Assembly (NCBI RefSeq): GCF_030144855.1
Contig: NC_082722.1
Location: forward strand, 19,220,001-19,284,000
Length of the DNA stretch: 64,000 nucleotides
From: Hypanus sabinus
Taxonomy: Eukaryota
Reading direction: 5' to 3'
A program made the translations under genes and the position numbers. Below, one piece after another: positions 38,531 through 51,900 of this stretch. How positions within the stretch are numbered: position 1 is the first letter of the stretch; each line of letters begins with the position of its first letter. The notes beneath the pieces were generated by a model. That model was not told where the DNA came from, did not search any database, and was given only the letters and a program-made list of their open reading frames with translations.

Positions 38531-39855
38531 GGGTCTGTCTGTGCGCATGCGCGTACATGTGTCTGAGTGAGCGAGACAGAGGGAGTGAACAAGAGAAAGA
38601 GGGAGACGGAGAGAAAAAGTCTGCAGTAAATAATAAAGAGTGGAACCACACCCATGAAATCAATTTGAGTGCAAAGGTACCTACTTGGAGTTCAGAACTG
38701 CAAATATATTCTCCGACTGGAAGGGAATGACGGGAATCACAATCGGGGGGAAACAAACTACAGATACCTTATCAGTTTCAAATGCACTTTACAAATATTG
38801 ACCAGAGTGTTTTTAATTCAATAGATGCTTGGTCATTGAAACTTGCACTGAAAAAAAGTATTTAGCTCTTTGAAAGTACTTATAACAAAGAAAAACATAT
38901 ATTTAGCTGTTGGGATGAAAAAGTTGGGAAGCTTCAAATTTAGCAAATAAAAAAAAGAAATCCATTTCGATTTGACAGTCCGAGTTAACACCGGAGACTA
39001 CTGAACTAATTTTCTCTGCATTCGGATCAGACAATTGATGTAAGCCCACGAATTATGTAATATTATTCATGTACCCGGTTCTCTCACATAAGATCAACAG
39101 TTTTCCCTAGCCATCGGGATCGTTGATATAGTGAAAGTTTTTTTTAACAAACATTTTACATTTACTGCAAATTCCACGATAATTTCTATTATAACGTGAA
39201 AGGTTCCCGGGAGAATCACGGGTGAGAAACATAGTTATAGCCTTAGATTTATAACTTTTCATCGGGTTACCAATCAGAAATCTCTTTCTGTTTCTCTCTC
39301 CATCAAAATGTTGTCACGACAACGTATTGCGAATATTCGAATATCGTCCGATTTCTATTTCCCTCGTTTGAACATTGATATAATTGTGCAAGATTAGGTT
39401 ATTAATTGGCGGGTTTTCCTTGTCACTAAAAAAATTCTCGCCCATGGTGGCGAATCTCTGGATTTATTCTTCATCCTGTAAGGTCTGCGGGGGTAAAACT
39501 ATTGGGAAACTTTTAAGGGGAAGGAAGTATTTTTTCTTGGAATGGTCGGGTCTGTGCAGTAGACCGGAGGAGGAGACTGCGACTGAGCATATCTGATATT
39601 ATCACCTTGAATGGCCGGGCAGTGGACAGGGCCGGAGTGGTTTATTGCTGTTCTTTTCTTAATTTACTTAGGTTTTATTTTATGACAATTGCTTCTCTAA
39701 ATCGGAAAAACGTCGAAGACCAAAATGATCATTTATTTTCCCAATCATGACATGTACGTCGATCATCAACCGTTTGTGGATGCAAGAAACGAAACGTAGC
39801 AATGCTCTGGCCTACACTCATTGATAATATATGGCTATGAACTGCAATCGGATTC

Positions 39856-39993
39856 TCAGCTACACAGCTCCTTTGATGTATTTACATCTGCGTACAATGT
39901 ATGTTTGCTTTGATGTTTGGATGCCTGTGTGTAACTCGAATCGGGAATCTGCAGAGCGGCATATGTCAGTTTGTCAGCTCCATTTCCTTTAGC
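39856..39993 (-). CDS. Exon 6, terminal cytoplasmic exon with ITIM (LTYAAL) and ITSM (TLYADV)
   Basis: ctttcacag|GCTAAA...TGA. Matches consensus (I/L/V/S)xYxx(L/V) and TxYxx(V/I). Present in three paralogous copies. Confidence 0.88.
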   Translation of the reverse strand, partial: AKGNGADKLTYAALQIPDSSYTQASKHQSKHTLYADVNTSKELCS

Positions 39994-42900
39994 CTGTGAA
40001 AGTAATCCAAAATCAGCGGTTAGTCGCGTATTTTGTGACTGATTGAATCACAGCATTGTAAAATAATTTAGAGATGTACTGATCAGTAAAGAACTTTAGG
40101 TTGCTTACGCTTGAACACAATTATCTCAACATTGTTTCAAGATTTCCCTTAATTATTTCTATATTAGCGATTCATGCCTTACTTAAAAAGTTCTTTAACA
40201 AAATCAAGATACGAGAGTAGAGAAACCCTTGAAGAGGCAGATGTGGTACAAAACAATTGGCAAACTTATAGTACAATTGCATTTTCTCTCATCTGTGACT
40301 GAATGCCGCATCCGGTTTCGTTTATGGATCTCATAGGTGTTTGCTCAGCCGCACGTGCCAACACAGTTCCAAATGCACATGGACATCGTTGTCAGTAGAC
40401 AGCGCATAACATATAGAATGAACGTTAGCACTTTGTTCAGTCAGACTCTCTGATTACAGTTTTGTCACAATTCTGTATTTCCGGTAGTTCAGTTCTCTTC
40501 GGTTATTCTCAGACGCATGTTTATTACGGAGCTGATAATTGACGGTAGGAAGGATGGCATTCCTAGTTTGGTGCTTCTTGGCGATTCCACACGGGTAATT
40601 ACATGTGAAATTAAATTTGTAAAAGCAAGGAAAAAGTAATCTCTGGAGATTCTGCAGATGCTAGAAGTCTTGAAGAATGCAAACCCAATACTGAAGGAAT
40701 TCACTAGGTAAGGCAACATGTAAGAAGGAAAGTAAACTGTCGATTGTTTCTGGTAGAGACGTTTTATCGGGACTGGAATAGATTAGAATCCAGAATATAA
40801 AGGTGTGCAGGGGGTGCGGGAAAAGTAGCAGGTGACAGATGAAAACAGGTGAGTGCGAAGGTATGTGGGATTGGAATGACGTTAGAAGCTGGGAGATGTC
40901 GGGAAGAAAAGAAAAGGTAAACAGTGTATGAAGGAGTCGGAGACGGGGGGGGGGGTGGTGGACAGTGGACCCTGCAAAATGGAAGAAGGAGGAGCACATG
41001 GGAGGAGGGCAGCCTGATGGGCAGATGACGAGAAGAGAAAAAGTGAAACGGAGAATAGAAAAAAGAGAGAATGGAACGATGGAGAAATTCCGGAAAGTTA
41101 TAGAAATCGACATACATCCCTTCAGGTTGGAGTCTCCGCAGACGGAAGAAAATATTATGCTTTTACCAGAACGGTAAGATGTTTCCCTTAAAAGGGGATT
41201 AGCTGTGACAAACCTTATATTTTGTTACAGTGTCAATGGTATCCTCAAGTTTGTAAAATTAACTTCCTCTTGGACGATGATTAAATATACAAATATGAAT
41301 CCTCTGGGGTACTCCGGTTTCCTCCAATGACTTACAGGTTAGGAGGTTAATTGGTCACTTGGGTGTGACTGAGCGGCACGGGCTGGTTGCACCGGAATGG
41401 CCTCTTACAGTGATATATCTCTAATGCAAATCTATGTCACATTCACGCTAATTCTGCTTTACCTGGGAATAGATAACTCGCTCCTCATGTTGTCCATCTT
41501 TGATAAATGGTTTACTCTCCCTATGGTTTAGTGAAGCATAGGCAGTGGTGTGCTCAACCGGTGCTTGTTCAGCCTGTTGGAAAAACATATTTAATACAGA
41601 TCATTGATATAGAGCTCAGTGATCATAAACTAAATTAAATTTGCCAAATCTAAACACCGAGAATAAAAAAAATGTTGGAATAACATTTTGTCTGCGCACA
41701 ATGATACAGTTCATACATCATACCGGAGGAGGGATCTCGACCGTTTCAGGCTGAAAATCGCTATGTTTAGATTATCAAATCACCGCTTATAACAGTCGTA
41801 GGAATAGGATGGAGTTCTCAGTTCTGGTCATCTCTGTGTTTTCTTTTTGATCTGGTAAATCTTGTCTCTTACATCGCTCAAAATTCTGTGCATGGGCACA
41901 GGCCCATGTTATATCTTTTACGCATGCGTCGAATTATCGTAATCATTGTCCTGATCTGAAATCGTCCCTGCGGTGCAAATTGAAACTATGACCCTTAACA
42001 ATCACATTATTTAAGTTGAGGATATTGGAGCAAATGGCAAGTCCCGATGCTAAGTCTCGCTTAACACTAGCCGGAAACAGGGGAGCGGCATCCTGGGCCT
42101 TCGTTGATTTGATTGGATTTGCTGGTAAATTACGATCCAAGTAGTTAGAACCAATAGACGTAGTTGTTACAGTAAATGATAAAAATGGTATTTGTTTTAC
42201 TGAAGTAATGACATAGCATTTCAGAATAATAAAATAATAGTCAAAATTTATCATGAATGCTTCAACTTCCACTTCAACTTCAACTTAGATATAAGTTGCT
42301 TAGATTAAGCAATAGCCCTGCATTTCCGGAAGTGTTACGAACACTGGTAGAAGTTTTAGCGGAATTCTACCGTAATGAAATCAATGACGTCTGCAGGACT
42401 ATCTTATCTTAGTTGCTGCAGCTGCTCCATTTGCAGCTAAAGTCGTTAGGTAAAATTAAAACTAAATGAATGAAACTGGAGAATGTGATTAATGAAACAC
42501 AGGAAGACAAGGGTTATCTTGAGAATGAATCCATGTACCAAAAAATAATAACATTGAAGTGCTGGAAGCATGAAGTAAAGCAGAGAAATAGAACACACAA
42601 CATTTTAGTAGATCAAGAACCACCAGTTAAAGGGAAATAGTTCATGTTCTCGTTGCAATCTGCGGAAGGGTCTTCAGTCTGGAATGTCAACTGGTTCTCT
42701 TTCCAAAATCGGTCAGAATCCACAGATAATTTTCTGGTTGGAATCCAAATGGGAGACGACAGTACTTTTATCCGTTTAAGACTTTTTATCCCAAATTGAG
42801 GACAATACTCATTCAGCGTATCATCGTGGACGAGAAGGTGCCATGGGGAGTATCATTGTTCACCACACACTACAAGGTTTTTTTGCAAGTATATTCGGTT

Positions 42901-45900
42901 CCATTCCACCGCTGTGTGGATCTAAGTTGCGGATCGGGGTTAAAACCGCATTTAATATTGCAGAGACCATTCCAACAAAACAAGATTTCTTTACATTTTT
43001 ACCTTGCTTACTGCCGTCAGATCAAATGTATCACACATTATGAATTGATTCGTGCACGTACTGTAGTTTCCCATTCTCCAGTCAACTGCTATTCTCGTAA
43101 ACTAGGATTTAGTAGTTTCTCACAGTCTCAGATACGTGTTGAATTATTTCTCAAAGCAATTGACCTTCCAATGGTAAATATGACCGTTCCCCTTCCAATC
43201 CAACCGGCTATGAACCGGTGTGGAATCATGAAAGGATACTGGAAACAAATGCAACGGGAACATTCAATTAAATCTTGGATATATACTTGAAAATAAATAT
43301 TTGATGGGGAAAACAGTTTTATTTTCCATACTACGCTCCAAAGTGTTATGGAATTAAATAGATTCATGATAACTTTACTATGCAAATATCCCGCCCTGAA
43401 ACAAAACCAGTCGCTTAACCTACCGGGTCTTCATTCTGACATCCGTCCAAAGAATTTTTGTTACCCCCTTCAGAAAAAAAAACAAAAATAAATGATTTGC
43501 ATTGTAAACATCGTACATCATTCATTTGATACCAATCGAATTAATCGTATAAGTGGAACTGCTGAAGTCACGGATCTGTCAGAAAATATTTGTTGGTAAC
43601 AGTCGTGCTAATATACTGTATTCTGCATTAACCTGGTGCTTAGCTCAAAAGGCATTGACTTTCAGCGAGGCTGTAAAGTGATAATAGCATACAGCGGCAG
43701 TACTGTATTTAAGTATGCCAGCCAAAATTGAAATTAAAACCAATGAAAGTTAGTCAATGTTCTTTACACAATCAGAGGGAGTTTAGATCTACGCCAAGTC
43801 ATTTACGTTTCAAAATACGGATCTGCCACTGCATTAAAAAAAAAGACATTTGAAGAACTCCATGTAACGGCATTCAGAAATGAGATATGAAATATTTCTA
43901 GTGGACTGGTGAAATAATTGAACTTTATGATCAAGCATATATTGTGCTAGAATATTATCACTGACATCTGGCTTCGACAATCGCGATCCATTTCCAAATA
44001 TTCTGTAAATGTCATTTACTGTTTTGAAGTTAAATGTCATTAACGCTTCTATTTTGTACGAATAGAGGTGATGTTTCTCAGCAATCAGTCTTCTTACCGT
44101 GCGATCTCTTTAACTTGAATTTCAGCAAAACTATTATCAAAATTACATTTAAAATTGCTGATCCGCCCAATGCACATGCGAGAATCAATCTGGTATCAGC
44201 GCCTTGAAAAAGAAACCGTGAAGCATTTATACATCTAAAAACAAATCCACACATGAGAAGCAACAATGTAGACTATTATATAGGGTCCTTTCAAACCTCA
44301 CGAAATACTGATAGCAAAATTACAGAATATACCGTATAGAACAAAGAAATCTGGCTTTTAGTTTCTCCAGACACATACGAGCTATTTACTAAAACTAAGA
44401 ATAGGCTCGGATGCTTTCTCCTGTACTTCTCTTGACAATAGATATTAGCACAACAATTGAACGTGTAATCGTCTAATACAATTCTAATTTCGATTTAACC
44501 TTTTAAGTCACGTCTGTCAAGGATATTCTTTAGTACGAATAGGCACGCCAAAAGAGTCCTGGTGCCTCAAAATTTCGCTTCTGCATTACGTGCTAAAATT
44601 ACTCGCTTACTTCATGAGTTTATAACACTGTACATCTAAGTCTCCTGAACGTGTATCGAGCATATGAAACGCATTTTCCCACTGTTATGTTTTCCACAGT
44701 TTTACGAGTGAGAAACCCGAATTAATGGAAAACTGCATAATGAAAACATATATAAACCCCAGTCATCTATTTGAACTGTGTTGCCACTATTATTGGAAGG
44801 GAATTATGCAGAGACTGAGTTTTGTCAAAGTCTGTTTACAGTTTCACTCCATATGTATTAGATACAGGTGGTAATTAAGTGTCACGCCTCAGTGTTCAGG
44901 AATTCCTGCCTTGATTCTGATTTTGCCCCATGCCGACATTTTTCCGGGAAAACTATATCAATTAAATACACCTTCACTCACCAGCAGATGGTTTCCCCTT
45001 TTGTTATACCACTATGCGATTTAGAGTTTAAGTTTTGCTTTTTCTCATCTTTGACAGATGTTTGGAAGTTTGTTACCTAACACGTACCACACGAAATCAA
45101 TTTCTTAATTAATCCGACACGATTTAAACTGAGGGTATAAGACATTTGTTTTTAAGCACCATTCACATTGAGTGCCTACCTTTAGATTCTATTCTTGGGG
45201 AATTAATGTTCAATATTTAACGTTTCCGAAAAAAGATTTGGATGAAATTCAATGTCCAAGTTGTGTGAACCTGGAGTGCGAGTCAGCACAGGGCTCAATT
45301 TGGCTTCTATTTTAGGGGCCTCGCTTCCCTTTGCACTTACTAAAGTGAATAAACAAACAACTAATCCAATAACTAAACATGCAATACGAATATGGTTTCA
45401 ATTTCGTAAATGTTTCGTTTGAATAAATTTCTCCTATCAAGTCCTATTATATCCATGTTTTCGTCAAAACATTCAGAACTGATCAAGCTTTTCTTTTATG
45501 GAAAACGACCGGGATAGCATGTTTTCGTGATTTATTCGTGGATAACTGTCTCAAGTTTTCTGAACTATTTTCTAATAAGTATAATTTGCCTAGATCACAT
45601 TTTTCAGATATTTACAGATTAGATACTTCTTGAATGTTATTTTACCTATGTTTCCGATAACACATCAAACTGAAATTACAGGAAAAAATAGGTTTAAACC
45701 CCTATCAGAAGAGTTTAGCAGCAATTATTTATGATCCGATTGCGAAAATACGTCTAGCTGCATCTGATAAATTAAGAATGAATGGGAAATAGAACTTGAG
45801 GTATCTTTAACTACAGAGAAATGGGAGAAAATTCTCCAACTTGTTAACAGTTCTTCAATGTGTGCCAGGCACGCCTTGGTACAATTTAAAGTAGTTCATA

Positions 45901-48900
45901 TGGCCCATATGTCTAAGGATAAGTTTGCTCGTTTTTATTGTCATATAAATTCTGTCTGTGACAGATGCAATTCCAACGTTGCTTCCGTGACACAAATGTT
46001 CTGGTTTTGCTCTCTTCCGGAAAAACATTGGAAGAACATTTTTGATACTATTTCAGTAGTTCTGCGCATCGATTTACAACCTCATCCTATTACTGCAATT
46101 TTGGGATTACCAGTGTGCTGTCTTTACGACATTTATTTAGTTTATAATATTTTTGCTTAGTAATTCATTCGATAGTGTTTTCTAGTTAGAATTAGAAGTG
46201 TTCAAAGTATATTCAGTGAATGTAAAATATATCGGCATGCGATGACGTCACATCCGGTTTCGCCGCGTCTTGTGGGAAAATACCGGTTTGGAATTAACGC
46301 GAGGGTGGGGGCTCACAACGAGGCACACCAGAGCAGATGTTGTTTTGCAGGCATGAGAAATCACAGTGAGAGCAACGCTGTAAGTTAATAGATAATCGAT
46401 ATATTGAACTAAGATGTTAATGCCGATCCTGTTAGAAGTAACGACGGTCGATAATATTTATGCTTTCGTTAGTTAAAGAGTTGCGGATAGTTTGCATTGA
46501 AGTGTATTTAAAGTAGTCAATGGAGCAGGTAAACTCTGCCTGTATACTGCACCTTAGTGTAATGTAGTTATAGTCACCTTTGCAAGTATTTACAATTGAA
46601 ATGTGATATTAAGGTAGGACCAAATACTGTATCAATCTTGTATTGTTTTATCAACAGTTTTCACCATATGTTAATGTGAAGAATGAACAGTAAACGGTTA
46701 ATCTTACTGCGATCTGGTTCTCATTGACTGTGGTTTATCTCGACGTTGAATTCAACGTTATCAGTTACACTCGAAGGAGAACGTTACAACCAGTGATGGA
46801 CTCTAGTCATTTATCCCGTTCAGCTTGCTGTTTGATTGCATTTCTAACATTAATAGACAGAAGATCCATTTTATTTAAATGGGGAGAGTTTTGTCCCCCT
46901 ACTAGATTTCAATGGTTTTCCCAAACTATGACATGTTTAAACCTATAAAAAAATAAAAGTGGTACTATCGATATTTCGGTTAAATTTGAAGAAACTTGGA
47001 GGACATTTATTCGAATTTTCATATAATGTCAGATGACCTTTTCCGAATCCTCCTCAATAACCATCTGTTCGCTTATAGAGGAGCGGAGTTAATGACAAAT
47101 ATTGATTTTAACCAGTCAAACACTGCAGCCCAGCTTTTGTTTTGTTTAGTTTTTTTTTAGTTTAGGGGGACTTTTTCGTATAAAAGTTTTTGAATCCTTT
47201 CAATTTTCAGTTATTACGAGATTGGAGGCTTAGATTACATATGTTACTCGGACTCTGTGTTTGTATTCGTTAACCGTTAGTAATGTAATCCTTTCTATTA
47301 TTATCATTAGCATCTTTATTAATTCGAAACTTAATTAAGAAACGATCGAAAAAGACAGAATGTAAACTGTAATCAAGTAATCTGAAAAATTCGCCCTACT
47401 TCCGTGATGGGAAGCTGTTCTGTGACTGTTCTTAACCAGATTTGATTGACACACCGATATCATTTGGAAACGTTTCCATCCTTCCATCAGTGCTAGAGAT
47501 TCTGAACATGTTCAAAATTCAGAGTGCACAAAATGCAGAAGGTAAGACGTAGATCAGGAGAGGAATAAAATAACAACATTTCCGTCCGATAACTTACACC
47601 AGGACGCAATCAAGACACCATCTGACCTTGCTCCAGGATGTAACTGAAACTGAGAGGCACAGTGAGGGAGAGACGCTTTATGATATTTTTAGCAAATGCC
47701 CAGAAGTTTGCTACCTTACAACTATTGAACGATTTCAATTTCATCATTCGTGCTACACGATTTAGAGCAACAGGAACAACACATCAGCTTCTGAATTCCT
47801 TTCACGTTTGTTATTCACTGTCAATAATTGATCTTTAAAATTAGTTAGTCTTCCTTTTAGTTATTCAGTTACTGTTCTTAAAACGTCACACTGACCCCAC
47901 CACTATCACTTGCAAGCGCTTCCATCTTATATTAAGCGCAAATGATTCTGAGCATGCTTATATCCAGAGTTACACAGAAAATCCTCGAAGAACTCCGCCG
48001 ATCAGGCACATCTAAAATATCGACGTTAAAGGTCGAGACCCAACATCATTACTTCATCAAGACACCAGCTTACCTTGCTCCAGGATGTAGCTGAAACTTA
48101 CAGGCGCCGTGAGAGAGACATGCGACACCAGGCAGGTGTAAATATCTTTTCCCCATGTAGACTGCGTGATTTCCAATAAACTAGAAGCTTCGTACATGCC
48201 ATCAACGTACGAGTTTGGCACAGTTTCTATTCCCATGTGAATTCGTTTCTTATTTCTTTGCCAAACGATTTCTAATTTCTCCGGGTAGAAGGCAGCCGTT
48301 TTACAAAGAAGCTTTCGAGGAGACGAAAACCCTCCAACAGGAACAATTTCCAATGGAGTTGGAGGAACTTGAATAAAAACAAAGTTATATTGGGTATTTT
48401 CGATCCATTTCAGTGCAGGTAGATTTCTTCATTTTCACATCAACTGGCATGACACTCTAACTATCAAATGAGTTACCCGCCAGTATTAACCGGTATTTAA
48501 TAAATTATTTTATTTTCCCGCTCTGTTTATTATTGCACAACCAGACGCACACACCACTGAGCGAAACATTGCTCTTCTGGGGCCAAGTTGCAAAATACAG
48601 TACTGTATAGTGTATGTAGTCACACACAGCAAATGTAGTTACCAATCAGTCCAGACAGTCACAAGATAAGTGGAACAAATACGGTAATCTTGGGAGACAG
48701 AGGAAAGGAAAGTTCAGAGGATACACTTCGATGGCGAAGCTAAGTGGTCCGAAGTGAGGAAGACATTCTCTTTTGAATGGTATTTGAGCTTTTCTGAACA
48801 TTTTTTTGCGCAGTTGACTTTGCAAACTTTGCTACCTTTGGGTTTTTTATTTCATATTAAGACTGAGCTGCAAAAACCAAAATATCACAGATGTCTATCG

Positions 48901-51900
48901 TAATGGAGTTTAATTTTCTGGCAGCTCAACTGTCAAGGGAGTGTTACAGATCTTGGGATTAAGCTTCCTAGTCATGAACATCCAGTAATAGAGCTTTCCC
49001 CGGAATTTGAATCATTCCTACAACAGTTCCCCGTGTTGAATGTGCAGATCATCTCCTCCGTGAAAAAATCTGGAACGCAAATGCAAATTGATATTATGCG
49101 CATTGATTCTATTGTTCTATTCTTTCTAAAGCCTGAAGTCCTGCAGGAAAATGGTCGACAGTGACTTGTCACTGCTATAGGGTCGCTTATGGAAATGATG
49201 CCTTGCAGAGGTTCAAACAGGAACTGAACAGCTTCAATTTCACCGTACACAGAGCTCACTAAAACGTGAGCCCAATTTTAAGGTTTTGTAAACATGGGCT
49301 GCCTCCGCTACAGCTACGGCGTCTAACAGGAGACATTCAATAGTTAGATTGCTTTATCTGTTTATCACAGCAGTTAGGATTTCACTCGGCCTACAATAGC
49401 TATCCGGAGATCACCGTTGCCCGACTCCACTTCCCGTGCCTACACCGACTTCAATATTGGCCTTCTCAAATTCTAGGTGAAGGACAATCCCAAGGTGGAA
49501 GAAATCGAAGCTTTCTGCATATACATTAAGCGTAAAGGGATATCGACAAATAAAATTGATCTATTTGAAGATCAGCGAGTTCAACAATGAATGGAGCCTA
49601 AAGAGATTGTCGGGGCGGGGTGAGATCTAATCTATTTCCATCAGTGTTTTCTCGGGAGACGTACACAGAGGCTATGCAACTAAGCAAAACAGAAGCAATG
49701 CCATAGTCCTTATACGGATTACAATCTTGGAGCAAATTGGGGTGCAGATATCCCTAGAACATGGCAAGGTGTCCTATCGGACCTCGTTCGAAGCTAATGC
49801 AGAAAGTGAAAGGGCCCCGATGAAACTGTTCAAAATGTCCTTACCATTGGATGTTCCGGAGAACAAGTGTATAACTAATGTTTTAAGACCATATGACTAT
49901 TGGATAGAGGAGCCCAATTAGGAAACTTCAGCCATCTAGTTTGTTCTGGACATTTCATCATAGCTGAAATTTTCCTCTCAGCCCCAATCTCATGCCTCCT
50001 CCCCTTAGCTCTTCATGCCCTGATCAATCAAGAATATATCAACACCTGCTGTAAATATCCAGACTTACAAAGACTTGGTCTCTATAGCTGCTTGTGCCAA
50101 AAAAAAACTACACTGGTTCACCACTCTCTGGCTTTAGGCATTCCTTCTCATCTCCTTGTTAAAAAGATCCCCATCTATTCTAAGGTTGCGTCCTCTGATC
50201 TTAGACTCTCCCAACATAGGAAACATCCTCTCCATATCCACACAATCACGTGATTTCACCTTTAAATACGTTTGAATAAAGTCAGCCTTATTTTTTTCTG
50301 AATTCTAGTGGAAACAGGCCCAGAGCTCCTCATATGATAAGCTATTGAATTCTGAAATCATTGTCATGAACCACTTTTGAACCCACTCCAGTTCCTCCAC
50401 ATTCTTCCCGAGATAAGTGGCCTCAAACTGCTGACAATATGCCGTGACGCCTCACCAGTGCTTTCTAAGTCCCAATATTCATACTTGCTTTTATATTCTA
50501 GTCCTCTTGAAAACATTGCTGTCATTTTATTTGCCTTCCTGACCACAGAGACAACCTGCAAATTAATCTGCATGGAATACTGCACACGGACTCCCAAGTC
50601 CCTTTGCCCAATGTTTTTGGACTTTCGCTCCAGTTAGAAAATAGTCGAAACGTTCACACACTGAACCAAAGTGCATGACCACATTCCTCTACACGTTGCA
50701 TTCTATCTGCCATTTATTTGCCAATTCTCTTAATCTAATCCTTCTGTACCCTCTCTATTTCCTAAAAAATATTTTCATACCGTCTGCAAACTTTGCAACA
50801 AAGCCAACAATTCCATAATCCATGTCATTGACAAATTATTTTAAGCGATTCAGTCACAACACAGACCCCTGTGGGGATCACCGTCAGTCACGGGCAGCCA
50901 AATAGGTATTGCTCCCTTTATTCCCATTCTTTGTCTTTCACCCACTGCTTTATCCACCCTAGAATCTTTCCTGTAATACTTTGGGCTCGTAGCTGGTTAA
51001 ACAGCCGTGTGTATGGTATCAAAGGCCTTCTGAAAATCCGAGTACACAACAACCAATTCTATCTAGCTTTATCGATCCTGCTTTTCATTCCTTCAATAAA
51101 TTCAATCAGATTCGTCTGGCGAGAACTTACAGACTGGATATTACAGACTAATGGGTATTACAGATACGTAGGTAATTTATCGGGAGATATTCTAAAGAAT
51201 AGGATATATAAATAATTAGACAACATTGTTTTGTGCAAGGAAGGCTCCGTCTAATCAACCTTAAAGAGCTTTCCGAGCGTCTTACCATGGATCTTCATGA
51301 AGAATAACAGTGGATATGGTCAACGTGGATCTTAGCAAGAGCTCTGGAAAAGCACTGCATGGGATGTTGGGTTGATCAAGAGCCTTCGCTTGGCATTCAG
51401 GATGAAAGAGTCAACGTTGGCTTCGCGGAGAAGCCAGAGTATGTAGCAGATAGTTGTTCTTTGAATGAAGGCTTTTGACAAGTGGTGTGCCGCATGGCTA
51501 TGACAGCTTGCAGCGGGTTATAGACCAGGTGTAAAAATGGGCTGAAAATGGCAGATAGGATTAAACGAAGGCAATTGTAAGCTGTTGCGCTTTGAGAAGA
51601 CAAACCAATCTCGGATTTACACAGTGAAAGAAACTGGAATTGAGGAGAGCGGTAAAAAATGATCTTGGAATATAGATCGAGAAATCTTTGAAAGTGGAGC
51701 CAAAGACGGATAGTATCGTAAAGATAGTCTTTCTCCTATTGGCATTTATATATCAGAGTATTGAGCGCAGAAGTTGGGATGTTGTGCTGAAGTTGTACTA
51801 GAAGTTAGTGAGAACAAATTAGCAGTATTGTTCGCTGTTCAGGTTATCTAGCTGCAGGCAGTTATCAATATGATTGAATGAGTTCAAGAGAACTTACAAG

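Noticed and set aside
38169-38756. Long ORFs with poly-CV or poly-HT
   Set aside because: Artefacts of the (GT)n microsatellite.
39541-39670. Plus-strand peptide NGRV..LRLSISD..DRAGVVYC resembling a V-domain end
   Set aside because: It lies in the 3' UTR block, has an upstream stop, and the paralogous copies (4.5 kb and 11.8 kb) do not keep the frame. Chance resemblance.
41921-41966. Candidate extra cytoplasmic exon GTISDQDNDYDNSTH
   Set aside because: Phase incompatible with the model; the paralog lacks the AG and has a stop.
43834-44040. ORF VNDIYRIF... immediately after the TM exon (paralog 16740-16934)
   Set aside because: The implied intron would be under 70 nt, there is no convincing conserved donor, and the paralog has a stop. 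The 44-nt exon at 43424-43467 explains the tail better.
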